Shown in pieces: positions 9,216-18,621 of a stretch of 64,000 bases of DNA. The stretch is taken from positions 124,001 to 188,000 of the IMG/VR virus record IMGVR_UViG_3300042473_001540. One strand, 5' to 3'. Position 1 is the stretch's first letter; every line of letters begins with the position of its first letter. The translations under genes and the position numbers were made by a program. Under the pieces are notes generated by a model. That model made no database searches. It had not been told where the DNA came from and saw only the letters and a program-made list of their open reading frames with translations.

Positions 9216-9472
9216 GGGACTGGTTTGCACCAATTGGGACAGACATCAGCAAGTGGCGGAAACTGCCTCCGAACCAAAGAGTCTCTAGCAATAATCTATT
9301 GGCTGCTGGTTATCCGTATGTTCTGGTTCAAAATTCACAGAGTAATAAATGGAGTGAGATTCACGCATGGTGCCAAAATGTTTTGGGACAAGACAACTAC
9401 ACCTGGACTGGTGATGTGTTTTGGTTCCTCACAGAAGATGATGCAGTAAAATTCTCACTTGTGTGGGGCTAA
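9212..9472 (+). CDS. small Trp-rich phage protein, paralog 1
   Basis: GTGA overlap with upstream stop; ends YTWTGDVFWFLTEDDAVKFSLVWG. Confidence 0.7.
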   Translation: MRDWFAPIGTDISKWRKLPPNQRVSSNNLLAAGYPYVLVQNSQSNKWSEIHAWCQNVLGQDNYTWTGDVFWFLTEDDAVKFSLVWG

Positions 9473-9789
9473 CATGGAAAAAAACATTGGTTTTCCTAGT
9501 TGACATTGATATTCGAGTTACCATATGGCCCTATCTTTCAGCAGAGACGCCCATGTTTGATATAACAAAATGGACTCGGCTTCCTAAAGACAGAATTGTG
9601 TACGGCAAAGATCTTCAGGACGCCGAGTATCCTTTTGTCTACACGTCAAAAGAACATTTTGGCAAGTGGCAGGAGATACATCAATGGTGCAACACTGTGA
9701 TTGGCGCTGACAGATACACTTGGACCGGTGATGTGTTTTGGTTTCTCACGGAAGATGATGCTGTGAAATTCTCATTGGTATGGGGGTAG
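9398..9789 (+). repeat. 75-bp imperfect direct repeat (9398-9472 and 9715-9789)
   Basis: Identical 24-aa translation, differences are synonymous only. Confidence 0.85.
9553..9789 (+). CDS. small Trp-rich phage protein, paralog 2
   Basis: Same C-terminal 24 aa as paralog 1; start set at ATG 9553. Confidence 0.7.
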   Translation: MFDITKWTRLPKDRIVYGKDLQDAEYPFVYTSKEHFGKWQEIHQWCNTVIGADRYTWTGDVFWFLTEDDAVKFSLVWG

Positions 9790-9790
9790 C

Positions 9791-10099
9791 ATGAAAATCC
9801 AAAGAAGTATTGATGGCTACGAGCGCAAAGACCTCTTGCAATATGTGTTTGCTTACTGTGTGAGTATTGAACAGGATATCCTCAACAGCGCCAAATTGCA
9901 AGAAATGCAGGCCTGGTGTGAAAAAGAGCTCTGTGAAGAAAGAGCAGGCAACATCATCCAGGAGGCAATGTGGGGCTGGTTGGACTACTTTGAAGGAGAT
10001 TGGTGTTTCATTTACGATGATCTCCACGACAATGGCGACTGGGTGTTTTGGTTCGCCAACAAAAGCGACATGACTAGGTTTCAACTCACATGGCTATAA
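9791..10099 (+). CDS. small Trp-rich phage protein, paralog 3
   Basis: AWC...W...FWFANKSDMTRFQLTW pattern. Confidence 0.7.
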   Translation: MKIQRSIDGYERKDLLQYVFAYCVSIEQDILNSAKLQEMQAWCEKELCEERAGNIIQEAMWGWLDYFEGDWCFIYDDLHDNGDWVFWFANKSDMTRFQLTWL

Positions 10100-10431
10100 A
10101 CGAGATTCGCTGGCAAGACATCTTTGTGGAGAAGGTGCATGAGTTTGAAAAAGTGCTGCCCATCTACAGGTGGTGCCTAGAAAGCTGGGGCAAAGAAGTG
10201 CCCGCCAATGCCTACACGTGGTTCAGGGTAGTGTTCTCAGCTGGTGAGCCCGGTGGTTGGACCAACAGTTGGCGAGACAGTGGCTTCAGCTTGATACACA
10301 TGAACAGCAAGGTAATTGAAGACATCAAAGAGGACGCGGGAAGCTATCCGGACCTACTGAAACGCTTCCCACTCTATGTTCTATTTTATAGCCAAGAGGC
10401 AGTAACTGAGTTTCGGTTGACCTGGCAATAA
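10090..10431 (+). CDS. small Trp-rich phage protein, paralog 4
   Basis: RWCLESWG...YTWF...FYSQEAVTEFRLTW pattern. Confidence 0.65.
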   Translation: MAINEIRWQDIFVEKVHEFEKVLPIYRWCLESWGKEVPANAYTWFRVVFSAGEPGGWTNSWRDSGFSLIHMNSKVIEDIKEDAGSYPDLLKRFPLYVLFYSQEAVTEFRLTWQ

Positions 10432-10485
10432 GTTTTGACGCAACAGCAAACTATGTTAAAAAAGTGTGTAACACAGGAGACTCTG

Positions 10486-11511
10486 GTGACTGACAAGCGA
10501 ATTGGTTTTTGCTGTAAATTTGTATCTGAAACAGAGTTCAAAGACAAGAAGAGCGCAGCAGAGTGGCACAGCCTCTACAACACAAAAGGCACAACTGTAA
10601 CCTCACTGGAAAAGCTCACACGTACACAAGCCATTGACAAGCTGTGTGGCATTGTGCGCTACAACACTGAGGTACTTATGAGGCAGTTTCAGCTTGTAGG
10701 CAGTTGGCCACAAGAACTCCGAATGATGCGAATTGGCAGTGAGATTCTCCCTGCTCGCACACACGCCAATTGGAGCTCTGCCTATCAAGAATCTGTGATG
10801 ATTGAAGCACTGCGCGGATTTGGGGAGGTAGGCAAACTAGCACGTGACTTCGACATTCGACTCAGCACGCATCCTGGACAGTTCACTATGCTTGTGAGTC
10901 ATGAGCCCGAGGTGGTGGAGCGTGCTATTGAAGACCTCGAGTACCACTCGGAGATTTTCCGGCTCATGGGCTTTGATGGAAGTGATCAGCGACAGGAGAT
11001 CAACATCCATGGTGGTGCCCGTCGAGACGATTTCCTTGATTACTTTCAACACAGCTTTGCTCGGCTGAGCAGTGACACAAAGCAATGGCTGAGTGTGGAG
11101 AATGATGAGTACAGTTACGGTCTCGATCATCTCTTGCCCTTGAAAGACAAGGTGAAGATCTGTCTCGACATCAACCACTACTGGATTCATCAAGGAACGT
11201 ATCTCAGTCCAGATGACCCAAGGCTGACCCAGGTGATTGAAAGTTGGCGTGGTGCACGTCCAGAAATTCATGTGGCTTGGCCGCACGAAGATGTACTTCC
11301 CTCCCACAGCAACACAACCAGGCCAGACATTGCGTTGCTCGAGTCAAGTGGTATCAAACGAAGCAAGCTGCGTGCCCACAGCAAGCGACCTTGGAACAAG
11401 GCGTTGAACAGCTACTGTCTTGAGTTTTGGGATAGGATGGATCTCATGTGCGAAGCCAAGGAAAAGAATTTAGCTGCTAGAGAATTATATGACTATTCTC
11501 AAACACTATAA
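10486..11511 (+). CDS. uvsE: UV-damage endonuclease (UvsE/UVDE)
   Basis: RIGFCC, RLSTHPGQF, INIHGG, VENDE, LDINHYW, RAHS, CEAKEK; GTG start after AGGAG. Confidence 0.9.
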   Translation: MTDKRIGFCCKFVSETEFKDKKSAAEWHSLYNTKGTTVTSLEKLTRTQAIDKLCGIVRYNTEVLMRQFQLVGSWPQELRMMRIGSEILPARTHANWSSAYQESVMIEALRGFGEVGKLARDFDIRLSTHPGQFTMLVSHEPEVVERAIEDLEYHSEIFRLMGFDGSDQRQEINIHGGARRDDFLDYFQHSFARLSSDTKQWLSVENDEYSYGLDHLLPLKDKVKICLDINHYWIHQGTYLSPDDPRLTQVIESWRGARPEIHVAWPHEDVLPSHSNTTRPDIALLESSGIKRSKLRAHSKRPWNKALNSYCLEFWDRMDLMCEAKEKNLAARELYDYSQTL

Positions 11512-11514
11512 ATA
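11507..11514 (+). promoter_or_regulatory. T4-type late promoter
   Basis: Exact TATAAATA upstream of speD. Confidence 0.6.
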
Positions 11515-11554
11515 ACCACTTAAACCATCTTTTATACCAAGGAGCACATATGAG

Positions 11555-11935
11555 ATGAAAAACCTACCAAGCTGGGGCAAACATTTGGTCGTCGATGCAG
11601 CAGGGTGCAATGAAGCCATCAACGACAAAGAGACTGTAACCAAATGGGTTGACCAACTGGTTAACGATATTGATATGATTGCATTTGGTCGACCAGAGAT
11701 TCATTGGTTCGCAGACCACGATGTTACTAAAGCTGGTATCAGTGCTGTGCAACTTATTACTACATCGGCTATTGTATGTCATTTTGTACCTCACACTTGG
11801 ACACTTCACCTAGACGTGTTTTCTTGTAAGGACTTTGATTCCAATATTGTGCTCAAGCTGTTGCAGGAATATTTTGGGGTGAAAGCTTGGAATATCAAGG
11901 AGTTTGAACGCGAAGCTCCTGACCTCAATAGCTGA
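11555..11935 (+). CDS. speD: S-adenosylmethionine decarboxylase proenzyme (phage type)
   Basis: WGKHLVVD, GISAVQLITTSAIVCH (self-cleavage region; ES replaced by TS), LDVFSCK. Confidence 0.8.
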   Translation: MKNLPSWGKHLVVDAAGCNEAINDKETVTKWVDQLVNDIDMIAFGRPEIHWFADHDVTKAGISAVQLITTSAIVCHFVPHTWTLHLDVFSCKDFDSNIVLKLLQEYFGVKAWNIKEFEREAPDLNS

Positions 11936-11957
11936 ATTATATTATAAGGAAAAAGTA

Positions 11958-12545
11958 ATGCTTATAGGTTATGCAAGGACTAGCACACATGAACAATCCG
12001 CAAGTCTAGAATCTCAAATTGCAGCATTGCAACAGGCTGGGTGTGAAAAAATCTTCGCAGAACAAACCAGTGCTGTTGGAAGTAGACCGCAGCTCACCGC
12101 AGCGATGTCATATATTCGTGAAAAAGATGTGTTTATGGTTACACGAGTAGACCGGTTGGCTCGAAGTACATCAGATCTTCTCAAAATTGTAGAAGATTTG
12201 GAAAAGCGAGAAATTGGCCTAATAGTGCAGAGCATGAACGGCATGGAATTAGACACACGAAATGCAATATCCAAGTTGATGCTGACTGTTTTAGGCGCAG
12301 TAGCAGAGTTTGAGCGTCAAATGATGCTTGAGCGGCAGCGAGAGGGCATCGCCAAGGCAAAGGCAGAGCGGCGCTACAAGGGCAGGGCGCCAACAGCACG
12401 CAGGCAGCTGGCTGAGATTCAGTCACTAAAATCCCAAGGGGTTGGTGCAAGTGAGATCGCAAGGCGGCTTAAGATCAATAGGTCAAGCGTTTATCGAGTG
12501 TTGGCACCAAACTCTGTTATCAGCCCACTGGTTCAAGGTAAGTAA
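11958..12545 (+). CDS. serine recombinase, resolvase/invertase family with C-terminal HTH
   Basis: IGYARTST, RVDRLARS, AEFER..MLERQREGI, HTH ending RSSVYR. Confidence 0.92.
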   Translation: MLIGYARTSTHEQSASLESQIAALQQAGCEKIFAEQTSAVGSRPQLTAAMSYIREKDVFMVTRVDRLARSTSDLLKIVEDLEKREIGLIVQSMNGMELDTRNAISKLMLTVLGAVAEFERQMMLERQREGIAKAKAERRYKGRAPTARRQLAEIQSLKSQGVGASEIARRLKINRSSVYRVLAPNSVISPLVQGK

Positions 12546-12564
12546 GTATAATGGCCACTGGTAC

Positions 12565-12837
12565 CTAATCTTCAACTATCAACAATTTCAAATCCCCTGA
12601 GCCCTTCAATAGTCTATGGAAGGTGTCTCGGGGGATTCTCACGACATCGCCGGGCTTGAGATTGCAGGGCATGCAGTTGTCCATTTGAAGTTGCCAACCA
12701 TTACCCTCAACCACTGTAATAAGTCTGTGACAGTGATCTCGATGCCACACTAGCTCATGAGAATCTACAGATTGAAAGAATGTTCTTTCCAAACCTTGAA
12801 TTTGTTTCTTGTCACTGTAGGGATTCATTACCACCAT
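12565..12837 (-). CDS. small cupin-like phage protein
   Basis: ELVWHRD...GWQLQMDN...IP...FHRLLKG. Confidence 0.7.
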   Translation of the reverse strand: MVVMNPYSDKKQIQGLERTFFQSVDSHELVWHRDHCHRLITVVEGNGWQLQMDNCMPCNLKPGDVVRIPRDTFHRLLKGSGDLKLLIVED

Positions 12838-13406
12838 TTGGCACTAATTGGACTCAATCCCAAGGATTTAGTATAGCGGGGAACTCTACACGCCCAGTAT
12901 CCAGCCTTCATTTTGTCTGTTTTTTGTTCACAGTTGTGACGAGAAGCAAACGCTTTGCGTCGTTTGGGATCGCGGATTTTAACACTCAAACCTGACACAT
13001 CACCAAAGGCAATTTTTTTGACCCTGCCTGTTTTGGGATTCTTGACGTAGACGTAATACTTTTTAGGACCGCCTCTCTTGGGCTTGTTAAGCTCAACAGC
13101 TTTTCCTTGATACTCAGCCTCATCAAGACTTTCTGGAGTTTCAAAAATACAATCCAACGGAACCATTCTGCCTTCATACACACCAAACGTGCCTAAATCA
13201 CTCTCAATCATGTCCTGGTCAAGAGCGTGTTCCAAGAGTATATCTCCACAAGAAACACGACGTCGCATCTCACAAAAAAACTCAAACCAAGCTGGGCTGT
13301 GAATACGGAATATGTTATCAACTAGCGGAACTTTGTTATCCTGGTGCCATTGAATGGCTTGATTTACACTTTCATTCAAAGGTTGCGTAAGGTCTTGAAT
13401 TTTCAT
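12828..13406 (-). CDS. two-module probable virion internal protein with basic C-terminal module
   Basis: MKIQDL..PLNES start, internal SLDEA, KKYYVYVKNP...FASRHNC...YWAC; CTAAATA upstream (13437-13443, minus). Confidence 0.7.
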   Translation of the reverse strand: MKIQDLTQPLNESVNQAIQWHQDNKVPLVDNIFRIHSPAWFEFFCEMRRRVSCGDILLEHALDQDMIESDLGTFGVYEGRMVPLDCIFETPESLDEAEYQGKAVELNKPKRGGPKKYYVYVKNPKTGRVKKIAFGDVSGLSVKIRDPKRRKAFASRHNCEQKTDKMKAGYWACRVPRYTKSLGLSPISAKWW

Positions 13407-13439
13407 TTGGTTTCCCAGATCTTGAAACGTTTGTGTTAT

Positions 13440-14171
13440 TTAGAAACCAAAATGCTCTTGTAAGATCTTGTCTATTTTGTGCAGTTGTTGAGTTACAGGC
13501 CCTAATAGGCAGTGAGTCCAGTGAGAAGGAACTATCGGAGGCAAGTAGCCGTCAATGTCCCGATTTAAATTTAACACGTTGATTACACTAGGACAATCCA
13601 ACACTTTTGCGAAGTTATCAACAGGAACAACTGAGCCTGATGTTCCAATACACAGGAACAGGCTTTTGTCTGTAAGGCTGTCCAGTGTGTTGTAGAGATA
13701 TTGGTATTTGGGTGCTGGTTCACCAAACAACACTACCGCAGGCTTGACATCAGTCAGGCTTTGGCAATTGGGACAACCTAGGGAGATGTTGTATCGAGTG
13801 TAGCCAATATTCCAAACATGGCCACAGTTTTCGCATTGCATTTCATCCAGCTGTCCGTGAACATGCACAACAGGGATGCAACCAGCCTCCTCTAGCAAGA
13901 GGTCTGCATTTTGAGTTATCACTGTTGCACTGTATTTTCTCTGCCATTCTGCCACCTGTTTGTGGGCGGCGTTTGGCTGAAACTTCAGAAGCATTTCCCG
14001 TAAGTCGCTGTGAAATTCATTTACAATTTGAAAGTTTTGTCGCCAAGTGGCGTAATTACTGTAAACCAATGGATCATAACGGCTCCATAAACCTTCGCTA
14101 TCTTCTCTAAATGTGGGGATGCCGCTTTCAGCACTCAAACCAGCGCCGCTAAAAATCAATAATTGGGTCAT
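13440..14171 (-). CDS. Sir2/CobB-family NAD-dependent protein deacylase
   Basis: GAGLSAESGIPTFR, TQNAD, HVHG, two CxxC, KPAVVLFGE, GTSG. Confidence 0.92.
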   Translation of the reverse strand: MTQLLIFSGAGLSAESGIPTFREDSEGLWSRYDPLVYSNYATWRQNFQIVNEFHSDLREMLLKFQPNAAHKQVAEWQRKYSATVITQNADLLLEEAGCIPVVHVHGQLDEMQCENCGHVWNIGYTRYNISLGCPNCQSLTDVKPAVVLFGEPAPKYQYLYNTLDSLTDKSLFLCIGTSGSVVPVDNFAKVLDCPSVINVLNLNRDIDGYLPPIVPSHWTHCLLGPVTQQLHKIDKILQEHFGF

Positions 14172-14267
14172 AATTTTGATTATGCAACAAATTTCTGGAG
14201 GGTTGCAATCCAATTCTCATGTTTACTGCCTTTGTATTGTGCTCACTGTCCAGACAATAAATATACT

Positions 14268-14906
14268 ATGCCATATTTGAATCATAATATCCCCGTTTTA
14301 ACATGCCTAATACGTAACCAATACCTTTACAATCACACCAAAGGCCACGGCGAGTTCACTCCCTGTGATGTACACAGTGTCGCAAGTATGGAGAAACGCA
14401 CGCCTTTATTTGAAGCATTTTTGGAAAATGGAGTGAACTGGACACGTCGACCCATAACTGCTTTTTGTTGGCGTAATGATGCACCAGTAAGACCACTTGC
14501 AGAACATGTTTATTGGGACTGTTTCAGTCATTATATTGATGTGCAGGTCCGGCAACGCATGGCGGGGTTAAGGGCTACGTTGTTGGTTTACACTGGGGAA
14601 CGTCGTCAAGGACAATACTGTATGACTTTAGACTGGGGTTGGGAAAACTCTGCTTTTACTGACACCAATTTCAGTGAAACGCCTGAACACAAATGCGCGC
14701 ATTTGTTCAAAATGGATGAAGGAAACTATTATCTTTATCCCAACAATAGAATCATTTGGCATGACAATGCTTGGGTGAAAAATCCTATAACCAGTAATCC
14801 TGGGTATCAAATAGACATGACAGTCTACAGTGTGGAGAACGCTGTGGACTTTTATACAGATGACAGCTATATGACACATGTGGAGCCTGTAAATGAAGCT
14901 GGTTGA
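14268..14906 (+). CDS. conserved phage hypothetical protein
   Basis: MPYLNHNIP..., WDCFS, SETPEHKC, YPNNRIIW; AATAAATA box just upstream. Confidence 0.75.
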   Translation: MPYLNHNIPVLTCLIRNQYLYNHTKGHGEFTPCDVHSVASMEKRTPLFEAFLENGVNWTRRPITAFCWRNDAPVRPLAEHVYWDCFSHYIDVQVRQRMAGLRATLLVYTGERRQGQYCMTLDWGWENSAFTDTNFSETPEHKCAHLFKMDEGNYYLYPNNRIIWHDNAWVKNPITSNPGYQIDMTVYSVENAVDFYTDDSYMTHVEPVNEAG

Positions 14907-17900
14907 TATTTTGGAAAACAAGGAGGACCAACAGAATCAAAAACCCAGTGTGTTCAGCCAGTGGGAAGACACTGACCCAAAGAATGACAAGCCGGAAGAG
15001 TCAAAAAATAATCCCAGTGAACTCTATCATAGCACTATACTAGACAATGCGCCTAATATCCTGCAATCAGGATATATAACAACCTCTATCTACAAAGATC
15101 CAGCCAAGGATATAGTGTTTGATTCTCGCTCTACAACACCCCATACATCACCAACTATAGCTGTTCTCACTTCTTGTGGGACACTGATGCAAACCTACAA
15201 CGAACAAATTTCTCGCCAGCTAACGACGGCAAGCAGTCAACTGGGAACGCAAAGCAAAGCCTATCGAGCCTTGCGTGCCATCAGTCACGTTTTGGAATCA
15301 CAGAAGCTTTTTGAAAACGATCCACAACTAGGTAACAACAGCATTTGGCTCTACACTGAAGGTTGCCAAAGTGCATTGCACATACTGCTCGACAACAAGA
15401 CAGCAAAAATCACTTGGTTAGGTAGTTTGAATGGCACTGGTAGGCAACTTTTGGAGCAGGGGTTAGCACAAAGCCAGAAACAAGGTGCCTTACTCGCTGT
15501 TGTGAAACCCATCTGGAACAGCCACAAATTTTATGAGAAGATGGGATTTCAAGATCAAGGAACTGGTTATTGGAACTTACCTCTTGAGGAATCAGCTAAT
15601 CAACTGGATCGCGCAGATCTAGAAGACTTATTGGGTGCAATCACATATGAGCAAGAAGAGATTAACGACGCCAGCTATGATGCTGCGGGACCAAAGTATG
15701 AAAAACTTGACAAGGATTTCAAAGCCTTAGAGGCTGTTGCTTATGTGGTTAAAAATAACTTACGAGCACTTGACAATCCCAACTTGGGAAAAAATAGCAT
15801 TTTCCTCTATAACTATACCCCAGATCTAGGCGTGTTCAGTGTAACTGCAATACATGTGGTGATTGAAAATCAAGTGGCGCATGTGAAATGGTTGGGCAGT
15901 TATGACAACAAACCTGGTGCTGGCAAAGCGTTGATGTTACAAGCCTTGACTATCGCAAAGAACAAAGGGGCCACCAAGAGCGTCGTAGAGGCCAAATGGG
16001 AAAGCGAAGGCTTTTATCACAAGCTGGGTTACGATGTGGAGAACAGAGGATCAAACAACCCATTTACAGGCACCAGTTTAGTCCAAATGGGAAAGAAGTT
16101 GGAAGAAGCTTGGACTGATGAAGACCAGCGTATGGTTCACAAAAATCCCACAATTCAAGATTTGAAAAGGTTGGCACGCAACAACAAGTATCACAGTGCC
16201 AGATTTGTGATCTACAAAGATGGCAGTGTTGTGGCTGCGGATAGCGAACATTATACTCACCACAGTGCTGCACCTGCCATGGGCGCTTGGGCTTTGAGAG
16301 GGTATGTGCAATACTTGGGTGGCAACGACTATGCCTATCGCAGCATGGAAGTCTACAGTCCCAAAAGTGTTGACCATCCTCTTTTCCGCAAGTGGGAATC
16401 TAGTGGTATAGAGAATGGCAATCCCTCTGTTGTTGAGGAAAAATGGACCAAAAAGTATAAGAAGAGTATCAACTGCTCTAATCCTCAAGGGTTCAGCCAA
16501 CGTGCTCACTGTGCTGCTAGACGCAAACGACAAAAGGGCGGAAAGACAACTAGCAAGCCCTTGAATGAAAACAATAACGTAGAAATACACAACTATAAAA
16601 AGCTGGATCGCATCTTAGTTGCATTGTGTAACCTAGTTGACACCAGACGAAAGAAAAACCCTGACAAATACGGATGGGTAGCCGCAGGGTTGTTGGATCC
16701 CCGCAACCGTCTTGTAATAGGTTTCAGCACATTTGCCAATGACAAATGGTATCATGCTGAACGATTGGCTATGAGGGCTTATCGTAAAAAATACGGAAGC
16801 ATACCTGATGGCTGTATAATTGTAACCACATGCAGTCCATGCAGCGAGCAGATGCCAAGATATGGTGAAAGTTGTACTGACCTAATCAACAAGAGTCCTG
16901 TCAAAAAAGTCTATTGCGGCTACTCTGATACAACTCAATCCCAAAGTCAACGCACTTTCAATATTATGGTTACTGCTGATACAAACATACGAGAACGGTG
17001 CCAAAAATTTGCTGAAAACTTCATGGATTGGGAAGCGCAATATTTGGATGAAAGCTTGCGTGATTGGTTCAAACAAAAATGGGTGCGATTTGGGACAGAT
17101 GGCAAGATCAGAGGCGACTGTGCTAGAGGCAGTGAAGGCGAAGGCAAGCCCAAATGCCTGCCACAGCGGAAGGCTTGGGCACTGGGCAAGAAAAAACGTG
17201 CAACTGCTGCTAGGCGCAAGCGTAGAGAAGATCCCAATCCTGAACGTGAAGGCAAGGCCCGGAACGTAGCCACAAAAGAAAGTGTTGGCTCTACAAAATT
17301 GGGAGATCTCTGCACTATCAAAACTAATTTTCCTGATGCTGACTTTTGGCTTGTGCGACGCAGTGATAGAACAAATGTGGGCACACCAGCCAAAGAATTC
17401 AGTCCCTATCATATTGGAATCAAAGTCACAGCTACTGAACAGCTGATGCCAGAATATCTCTACTATATGATGATGCATCTCCACAACCAAGGCTATTGGA
17501 ACAGTCGAAGCATGGGCATGAGCAATCTTGTGCACATACGCACAGAAGATGTGAAAAACATACAACTGGCTTTGACAGAGCATGAGCTGAAAGAAAACTC
17601 CAGTTGTCCACATTGCGGAGGCCAAATGGTTAACTACTCTATGCTCAGTGAAAAACAAGATGCCTGCTACTACAAAGTCAAGAGTCGCTACAAAGTTTGG
17701 CCCAGTGCCTATGCCAGCGGTGCATTAGTGCAGTGCAGGAAAAAGGGTGCAAAAAACTGGGGCAAGAGCAAGACAAATGAAAGCATAAGCATTGATCAAC
17801 AAGAGGAACATGGAGGTCTCGAAGCCTACATAACTGATACATCTACCCCACAATTGGTCAATTATCTTGCAAGTGAAAATGCACCCGCCGACCTTGCAGA

Positions 17901-18621
17901 AAAATTGCAACGCAGATACAAAACAATAGCTGTGTTCAAAAACATATGGGTCGAGGAAGATCATCAAGGGTCTGGAGTAGGTAGCTGGATTTTAGAGGCT
18001 GGTATTGGGGATGCAATAGACAACCAGGCTCATGCTGTCATTCTCACTGCTGTCTCAGATGATCCCAAAAGACAATCACAACTTGAGAAATGGTATAAGT
18101 CTTATGACTTCAAAGAAATAGCTCGCAGTTCAACTGGGTATCCTGTGATGTTACTAGATTTAAACAAAGACCAGGTCTCAGAAGCTGCCCCGTGGCTCGG
18201 GCAGGGAGATGAGCCACTGCCCACTAAACTCTATCATGTCACAAGAACAAGAAACCGTTTGAGCATACGCCAGAGAGGACTTGTTCCCAAAACAAAGGAA
18301 CATGATCATATATTGCGACAACCAGGTGTGTTTCTGTTTGAAACTTTTGAACAAGCTGAAGATTGGGCTTACTATTGGAGTCAAGATGAGGGCGAGAGTA
18401 TGGATATATGGGAAATCAAGGTTCAAGATCCCAATGATCTAACTCCTGATCCAGCATTGGATATTCAGCACGATTACGATGCATGGGTCATCTACAAGCC
18501 AATTCCTGCAGCCAATGTGAGGCTGAAATTTACGCAACGCTGGCCGGAACCTTGGGGAAAGCCTACTACAACGGTGAAAAAAATCCGCAACCTTGAAGAA
18601 GATCCTAATGAAACTGAATGA
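14893..18621 (+). CDS. mosaic multidomain protein/polyprotein (3 GNAT-like, deaminase, HsdS-like, ART-like and small basic modules)
   Basis: GNAT motifs (GTGRQLL..FYEKMGF; GAGKALM..FYHKLGY; HQGSGVG..WYKSYDF), HAE..SPC deaminase, KLYHVT..GLVP..GVFL ART-like; modules bounded by LxE. Confidence 0.8.
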   Translation: MKLVDILENKEDQQNQKPSVFSQWEDTDPKNDKPEESKNNPSELYHSTILDNAPNILQSGYITTSIYKDPAKDIVFDSRSTTPHTSPTIAVLTSCGTLMQTYNEQISRQLTTASSQLGTQSKAYRALRAISHVLESQKLFENDPQLGNNSIWLYTEGCQSALHILLDNKTAKITWLGSLNGTGRQLLEQGLAQSQKQGALLAVVKPIWNSHKFYEKMGFQDQGTGYWNLPLEESANQLDRADLEDLLGAITYEQEEINDASYDAAGPKYEKLDKDFKALEAVAYVVKNNLRALDNPNLGKNSIFLYNYTPDLGVFSVTAIHVVIENQVAHVKWLGSYDNKPGAGKALMLQALTIAKNKGATKSVVEAKWESEGFYHKLGYDVENRGSNNPFTGTSLVQMGKKLEEAWTDEDQRMVHKNPTIQDLKRLARNNKYHSARFVIYKDGSVVAADSEHYTHHSAAPAMGAWALRGYVQYLGGNDYAYRSMEVYSPKSVDHPLFRKWESSGIENGNPSVVEEKWTKKYKKSINCSNPQGFSQRAHCAARRKRQKGGKTTSKPLNENNNVEIHNYKKLDRILVALCNLVDTRRKKNPDKYGWVAAGLLDPRNRLVIGFSTFANDKWYHAERLAMRAYRKKYGSIPDGCIIVTTCSPCSEQMPRYGESCTDLINKSPVKKVYCGYSDTTQSQSQRTFNIMVTADTNIRERCQKFAENFMDWEAQYLDESLRDWFKQKWVRFGTDGKIRGDCARGSEGEGKPKCLPQRKAWALGKKKRATAARRKRREDPNPEREGKARNVATKESVGSTKLGDLCTIKTNFPDADFWLVRRSDRTNVGTPAKEFSPYHIGIKVTATEQLMPEYLYYMMMHLHNQGYWNSRSMGMSNLVHIRTEDVKNIQLALTEHELKENSSCPHCGGQMVNYSMLSEKQDACYYKVKSRYKVWPSAYASGALVQCRKKGAKNWGKSKTNESISIDQQEEHGGLEAYITDTSTPQLVNYLASENAPADLAEKLQRRYKTIAVFKNIWVEEDHQGSGVGSWILEAGIGDAIDNQAHAVILTAVSDDPKRQSQLEKWYKSYDFKEIARSSTGYPVMLLDLNKDQVSEAAPWLGQGDEPLPTKLYHVTRTRNRLSIRQRGLVPKTKEHDHILRQPGVFLFETFEQAEDWAYYWSQDEGESMDIWEIKVQDPNDLTPDPALDIQHDYDAWVIYKPIPAANVRLKFTQRWPEPWGKPTTTVKKIRNLEEDPNETE

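Noticed and set aside
11958-12545. Tn3-family transposon
   Set aside because: No transposase, terminal inverted repeats or target duplication seen.
16882-17658. 258-aa minus-strand ORF (also 4561-5259 and 32630-33214)
   Set aside because: They overlap motif-bearing plus-strand genes and have no recognisable motifs.
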